DNA from: the human T2T-CHM13v2.0 reference genome, Homo sapiens
Reading direction: 5' to 3' (one strand)
DNA length: 64,000 nt
Assembly (NCBI RefSeq): GCF_009914755.1
Contig: NC_060932.1
Under the pieces are notes generated by a model. It did not search any database. It worked only from the letters and a program-made list of their open reading frames with translations, and was not told the origin of the DNA. This document shows, in pieces, positions 57,481 to 64,000 of the stretch (position 1 is its first letter; each line of letters begins with the position of its first letter). Both the position numbers and the translations under genes were made by a program.

Positions 57481-58879
57481 TTCTTTTGCTTCTTAACATC
57501 CTTTTCCTACTACTTTCTCCTCCTCTTTCTTTTCTTCCCCTACTAAATATTGTGAATGAAACAATCTTCAGCAGATAAATCTAGGAAAGTCACCACAAGT
57601 GTCTCTCCAGAGAAAAATAATGTGGTGCCACTATACACACACAAATAGCATATTACATTGTATTTTTGGAGAGAAAAAGAAAGAAAAGTAGAAAGGAAGA
57701 AAGGAAAGAAGAAAGAAAAAATAGCACCTGTCTCAATTCCTGTCACTTGATTTTCATATACAGATTTGGAATGTAGCTCATTTGAGTTTGAGGATTTCCT
57801 GAAATGTATTTTCACAAAACGTAATAGCAGTGACCAAATTGTCAGCAAATTTGATTTATTTGATACATGAATTTTCTCATTCCAGACAGACATCTTGCCT
57901 TTACTTTTCCTGAGGCAGGTAGAGCCATGTAGATTCACGGAACAAAACAGATTTGCTACTCTTGTTCTTTTCTTTGGACTGATTATTTCTTATTAAAATA
58001 GATTCTCCTTAAGTTTCAGTCAGGCTTCCAGTCAGTGATGGTTATCCTGAACAGTATTGGCAGGAGGCTCTGACTTTCATTTGGATTTTGAGCTTTAGTG
58101 TCAGGTTGAGTAAGGAGTTGATTAAATTATTTCATTTCATTTCTAAGGTACCATTTTTAAATGTCAAATCATTGTTAGATGCTAGACCTTTCATTGTATT
58201 TTAAAGTGTATTTCAACCTACTTTTAAAGAAAAAATACTCCACAAAATATTGAATCAATAGTACCTAAATGATGTACATTTATGCAGTCTCATCCACTTG
58301 TCTGAAAATGAGACCTGCATTATAGTTACATGGAATCTTCCAACCTTCTTATGATGTTAGGTTGTTAGATTACTTTTCAGTGAGTGTCATGTGTAAATCT
58401 CCAGTAATTCTGATTTTCAATGGTAACATCCTCAGAATAAAATCTTACGATGAAAAGTACATTTAGTCCTAAAGACACAGATAGTTTGTAAAAACTAAAA
58501 TTTGCCAGATAATCACATTTAATATATTGCTTTCTATAGAACACCTTGCATAAATTTAAATATAGCTAAATGTAGCATTTGTGTCACATTCATGTTTTTC
58601 AAATCAGGCAACAGTTTAGTTAGATGGTTTCATCTATTTTTCTTTTTTTTATAAAATGTCTTTCAAACAATAGAAAATGCAAGACTAAGGGCTAAAGCAA
58701 GATGCTTGATCAAACATTTCTGTAAGTCATATTCAAGCACCAAATGAAAGCAGATAAAACATTATATTGAACTATATTAAATAATATTATATGATATCAA
58801 ATCATGTAGCAGTACTCTTCCTAGTATTAAACTTGTGTGGCTATAGTTAGGATAGGGTAAGGTTTTAGGGCTAAAATCT

Positions 58880-59070
58880 TGGGCTTTTTGGCTAACAAGA
58901 CTTTGTTCTCTGAGAACAGTTACATGCCCTTGGGTAAATTATTTCACTTCTCTAAACCTAAACTTCTTCAATTATAAAATGTACACAAAATTACAAAAAA
59001 AATTGCATTGCAATAATGAAAGTGGCATTAAATTAACTAATTTGCTTAGCATGTTTGCATAGTACCTGGT
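58880..59070 (+). mobile_element. MIR SINE
   Basis: ccttgggtaaattatttcacttctctaaacct...tataaaatg. Confidence 0.65.
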
Positions 59071-59839
59071 AAACAACAATAGTAATAATTATATTTCCAC
59101 ATTTTCTCTACATTGCCCGTGATTCATTTCTCAGTGTTACCCAAATATGAAGGGCCAGGTAAAGAATCATAGGCAGTACTAATTATCACTGTCCATCTGC
59201 AAAGTTCTGTTGTTTGTGAAAATAGAGATTTTTCTTTCTTTTCCCTTGTGCTTGTACCCAAAGGGTTCTAAAAATCTAATATGCCTCTTATTCCTGTAGC
59301 CATGTTCATGTCCCCAGTGCCAGTGCTATCCGGTGCCCTCCAGGAATGATGTATTGCTCAAAGTTATATTTCAGCAAGTTTTTATAACATTTCTTCTGAC
59401 TGCCCTGCTTCTTGTGACTTTAGCTTGCTATCCAGAATCTTATTAGATATTCTTCTATCATCAATTTCTTCATAAGTCTAGCTCAGTGGATCTATTTTAT
59501 ATCAAGTAATGTTTAAACACTACTGGACTGATTGTATTACAGGATTCATTAATCTTGTCGGTTGATATTAACAAATGCCTCTAGAGTATTATTTTCTATT
59601 TGGCAGGATTTTTTTCCTGAAAGGGTTAGCTTCATTCTGGATTTGGATATCTACAGAGACTAGCCACTGATGGTGAAATACATCTTTAGATCCTAAAGAT
59701 ATTGGTTCATTGGACTTTATGTTGAAATTCTTTAAAAATCTGAGTGATATTCCTGGTAAATTCAACATTTAGCATTGAGAATTCATTGGTGCTATCTTTA
59801 AAAATTATTAGTTTGCAATAGAGAAAAGAGAAATCACTG

Positions 59840-60204
59840 ACCTTTTGTCTCCATCCTCAAGTTCATATATTGAAGCCCTAACCCTGAATGTGACTATATT
59901 TGGAGAAAGGACTTATAAGAAACAGTTAAGATTAAATGAACTCATACAGGTGAGATCCAAATCTGATAGGATTTGTGGACTTGTAAGAAGAGAAAGAGAG
60001 TAAGATTTTTACTACCACTCTTTGCCATGTGAAGACACACTGTGAAGGCTGTCATCTGCAAATTAGGAAGAGCACCCTCATCAAAAACTAAACCCTCTGG
60101 TATCTTAATTGTGGACTTTCCAGCCACTAGAAAATAAAATTCTGTTGTTTAAGTCAACCAATTTTTGGTATTATTTTTTATGGCAAACCAAGCCGACTAA
60201 TTCA
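59840..60204 (+). mobile_element. MLT1A0-like MaLR LTR
   Basis: ttcatatattgaagccctaaccc...gccatgtgaagacac...ctgttgtttaag...gactaattca. Confidence 0.85.
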
Positions 60205-60267
60205 CCTCTCATCACATTTTCTTGCCTCCAAGGAACTTGCTTGTCTACTTTTTAATCAAAGTATAGA

Positions 60268-60488
60268 TATTTTTTATTTTTGTTGGTACATAGGTGGTGT
60301 ATACACTTATGGGGTACATGACATGTTTTGATACAAGTATGCAATGCTTAATAATTACATAATGGAAAATGGGGTATCCATCACCCCGAGCATTCACCCT
60401 TTGTTTTATAAACAATCCAGTTATGCTCCTTTAGTTATTTTAAAATGTAAATTAAATTATTCTAGGCTATAATCACCATATTGTGCTT
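60268..60488 (-). mobile_element. L1MA1-3-like 3' tip
   Basis: ttatggggtacatg...aaatggggtatccatcacc...aacaatccagttat. Confidence 0.8.
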
Positions 60489-60859
60489 GTCCTCTTGATT
60501 TCTTTGTCCAACGGTGTTTCAGTCAAGGATTTTCTGCTTAGTTGCATAACTGGTTGACAGGATATACTCTTTTACTTAAAAAAAAGTCAAATAGTCAAAG
60601 TTTTTATTATACATATACAAAATTTTATACATAAATAAAATATATTCTTTTTGAACATTATGCTGGGGATTACAATAATCTCAATGTATACAATTATAAA
60701 CTGTTTAGGACAAAGTAAACTGTCTAAAATTATAGAAAAGAGAGGCAAAATAAACGTTTTTAAATTATAGAAATGAATAATGTAGTTGAACTTCTGCAGA
60801 AATACAATGCATAATTTCACAACTCATTTTAAGTTTTTTTCATTAAAATGTATTCATTA

Positions 60860-61008
60860 TTAAAATTACAAACAAAATTGTATGTATTATTATAACATGC
60901 TGTCTTATAATACATATATTGTGGAATGGTTAATGTAGCTAATTAATGAATGTATTACCTCACATAGTTATCATTTTTGTGGTGAGAACACTTAACGTCC
61001 ATTCTCTC

Positions 61009-61041
<33 letters not shown>

Positions 61042-61505
61042 AGACAGACTCTCGCTGTGTCTCCCAGGCTGGAGTGCAGTGGTGCGATCTTGGCTCACTG
61101 CAAGCTCAGCCTCCCTCCCGGGTTCACGCCATTCTCCTGCCTCAGCCTCCTGAGTAGCTGGGACTACAGGTGCCCTCCACCACGCCTGGCTAATTTTTTC
61201 TATTTCTAGTAGAGATGGGGTTTCACCGTGTTAGTCAAGATGGTCTCAATCTCTTGACCTCGTGATCTGCCCACCTCAGCCTCCCAAAGTGCTGGGATTA
61301 CAGGCGTGAGCCACCGTGCCTGGCCTCCCTTAGCAATTTTTTAGAACACAATGTATTAGTCATTAACTGTAGTCACTAGGCTGTACAACAGGTCCCCCGA
61401 ATTTACGCCTCCTATCTAACGTTTGACCAACATCTCCTCAATTCCTTCTCTCCCCAGTTACTCCAGCCTCTGGTAATCAACTTTCTAGTCTTTACTTCTA
61501 GGAGA
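60860..61505 (-). mobile_element. L1MA-type 3' end, interrupted by AluY
   Basis: tattacctcacatagttatcatttttgtggtgagaacact on the left and ttaactgtagtcac...ccagcctctggtaa on the right. Confidence 0.8.
61011..61325 (-). mobile_element. AluY with T30 tail
   Basis: caagctc, ttcacgccattctc, ccgtgttag and acctcgtgatc are AluY diagnostics. Confidence 0.92.
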
Positions 61506-63089
61506 AGTAGATATAAAATCTCATTTTGATATTTTCATTTCAACAAAACCTAAACATTTAAAAAATATTTTACTCAAAAAGTTTATTGCAACATTATTTT
61601 TAGTGATGAAAAATTAAAACCAAACAAGGTAATGCATGTGCATAAATAAAAATTGGAGAAAATTGTAGAAAAAGAAAATAAGGTTATGTTGTTAGATTAT
61701 AGATGCTTTGATTGTTCTCTGTTTTACTTCGTATTATCCAAATGTTTTTTCAATAAATTTTATGTATGTATAAAGTGTGTGTATGTGTACGTATGTGTGC
61801 ATAAGTATTCTTGCATCTTTTCTTGAAAAATAAATACTCATTGCTTAAATAAATTCAAAAGTGCCATCATTTATACATATGTAACTAAAATGTAGTTCTA
61901 AAAATAAGCTCTGATATTTAAATGTTTATCTTTGTGAAGTTTTATTTTAAAATAGCAGGCATCTCAGAAAATAGTGAAGGTTAGAAACGACCAAAATGAT
62001 TAAGAAACTTTAAATTTATTTCCATGCCAGAATCCAGCAAATGCATTCTCAAAGTAATGGAATACACTTGACTCTCTACATGACTGATTGCATCTTCCTC
62101 CTGTAGCTACACGATATAAACATTATGGAGACCACAATTACATAAAATGTCCAAGCAATGCACAACAATAACAAAGCCACCATTATGTCACATTTTTATA
62201 AAATCTTAAATTGTCATAATATGGATACCTATGAAATTTGAATACAAATTTAAAATTTACTAATAAAATACAGTTGTCCCTTTTTACCAGAAGATCATTA
62301 CTATCAGTAATAGTAAACTAATAGTAGCAACTTTCATAAAATAATAAATAAGTTTTATTTTCATTGACTGTGATATTGAAATAAGCCTCACTGAGATCCT
62401 GCTCAAATATCGCTCATGTCACATCGGACTCATATGTATTTTTGAAGCAATTAGCAAAATTCAGAAATTGAGTGCAAGGCTTGCATTTTCACTACTTAGC
62501 ATAAAAATCTTTTCATTCTTTTAATCATTTGGATGTAAACAAATCCAGCTTCATATCTCTTCTACTGAGACTCCTATAAAGCACACATCATTGCAGTAAA
62601 ACTAACAGAAAAATACACATGCTTGTGCTCACTAGATATTTTCTATCTTTGAATATCAAATTAGCAGGCCATTAGCTGAGATGTTATTTTGATATTGAGA
62701 TTTCTTTTATAAAACATATTTTAATGAAATATTAACAACACAGCCACAATATCCGTATGTTTACTTTGGTAAAAGTGAAAGCATAATTTGCACAAACAGC
62801 AGATTCTACCCAATGTGCAAAACCTTTCTTTAGATATAGAATGCATAAATTGAAATGAAATGATATTTGGATTAGCATTGAGGATGGGTAGCAAAAGCCT
62901 GCAAATGAGCAATAATCATGTTTCTTTTAGATGATTTTGAGGCATGGTTGTAGAACTGGAATAAAGTTAGAAAGGAAAGCCCTATTTAACTAAATCTACC
63001 TTAAACATTTTTCAAACTCAGGGCCAAATTTTGAAGTCTTTTAGAATGTCCTATACTTTTCTTAGAAAGTTAATGGAAGAATAAGTATG

Positions 63090-63320
63090 GAGCCTACGTT
63101 ATTGAGAACTTGGTATTTGCTGATTGCTTTGTATGCATCTTCTCACTTGACCCTCCTAATAAATACATGAAAGGTAAGTGTAATCCCAATCAACATACAA
63201 GGAAACTGAAGCTTTGAGGAAATACATAGAAATACATCACATATGCAAGATCACTCTGTTAATAGATTATAATGTTACAATTGGCTCTCTGTTATGCCTG
63301 ATTCCAGAGACCATGCTTTG
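63090..63320 (-). mobile_element. MIR SINE
   Basis: ttattgagaact...aggaaactgaagct...cctgattccagagaccatgct. Confidence 0.65.
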
Positions 63321-63397
63321 TGTGATTCTTTTTGTATACAGCAAATAATATATATCTAGGAGTCCAGACACACAAAACAGTCCAACAATAGAATAGT

Positions 63398-63447
63398 ATG
63401 TGTGTGTCTGCGTATGTGTGCGTGTATGTGTGTGTGTGTGTGTGTGT
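63398..63447. repeat. (TG)n microsatellite
   Basis: Directly visible. Confidence 0.9.
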
Positions 63448-63629
63448 TGGATAGCCTTTAGTTTTCTTTGATGAAGAACAGAGATATTTTAAATAAACAA
63501 AATGAAAATATCAAAATGATTTCATCATCCATGTGAGAGATATGCTTAATAGATCAACACTCTCAGTATATACTTTAGTCTTTTATTGCAAAGTTGAGAT
63601 TATTGATTTTCTAATTTTATCCTTAGCAG

Positions 63630-63713
63630 ATTCCATACTCTGTTCATACATTCCTTATGATATTTTACAACTATAAGGAGAATGAAGAGAGTGAAAGTTT
63701 TGAGGAGACACAG
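63630..63713 (+). other. Candidate plus-strand exon (84 nt, open frame)
   Basis: ctaattttatccttagcag| acceptor, purine-rich body, weak CAG|gtactc donor. Confidence 0.25.
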
Positions 63714-64000
63714 GTACTCTGCCATTCCTCATTAGTTATGTACGGTTGTTCTTTCCCGTCTCTTATTGCTTATGAATTGCTTCGTTGGGAATATCCCAAC
63801 AAATACTTTTCCTTAGTTTTTTAATTTTTTTAAAAATTTCAACATGCTCCTTTTTCTAAAGTCCCATATCAATCTAAAATATCGCATTACTTTCCAACTT
63901 AAGTCTCTAGAAGTTTTCAAGCCAAAAGGCTCAAGAAGAAGCCTAAAATGTGAGATAGTGGGAAAATATTTAAATATAGCAGCTTATGTGGTTTACAAAT

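Noticed and set aside
63170-63182. Strong AAG|GTAAGT donor
   Set aside because: It lies within a MIR and has no convincing upstream acceptor.

Overview
AT-rich primate (human/hominoid-type) genomic DNA, intronic or intergenic. AluY, L1PA2 and L1PA3 insertions mark the lineage. I recognise no known protein-coding gene, tRNA, rRNA or miRNA. Much of the window is interspersed repeat: L1PA2/PA3/PA13/MA/MB, L2, MIR, Alu J/S/Y, MLT1/MLT2/MER52/LTR33/LTR78-like LTRs, and Tigger and hAT DNA elements, with several nested insertions and three 5'-inverted (twin-primed) L1s. The only long ORFs are L1 ORF2 remnants. The signals that repeats do not explain are: (i) a chain of five small minus-strand exon candidates (44010 to 28896) with AG|GTRAG donors that splice into an uninterrupted frame of at least 118 codons; (ii) three small plus-strand exon candidates (3284-6782) next to a CpG-retaining unique segment and a MEIS/TBX/PBX-HOX motif cluster; (iii) a template-switch hairpin at about 43.3 kb. 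Repeat subfamily names come from remembered consensus sequences, and boundaries are approximate unless a TSD is given. The exon models are unverified predictions.
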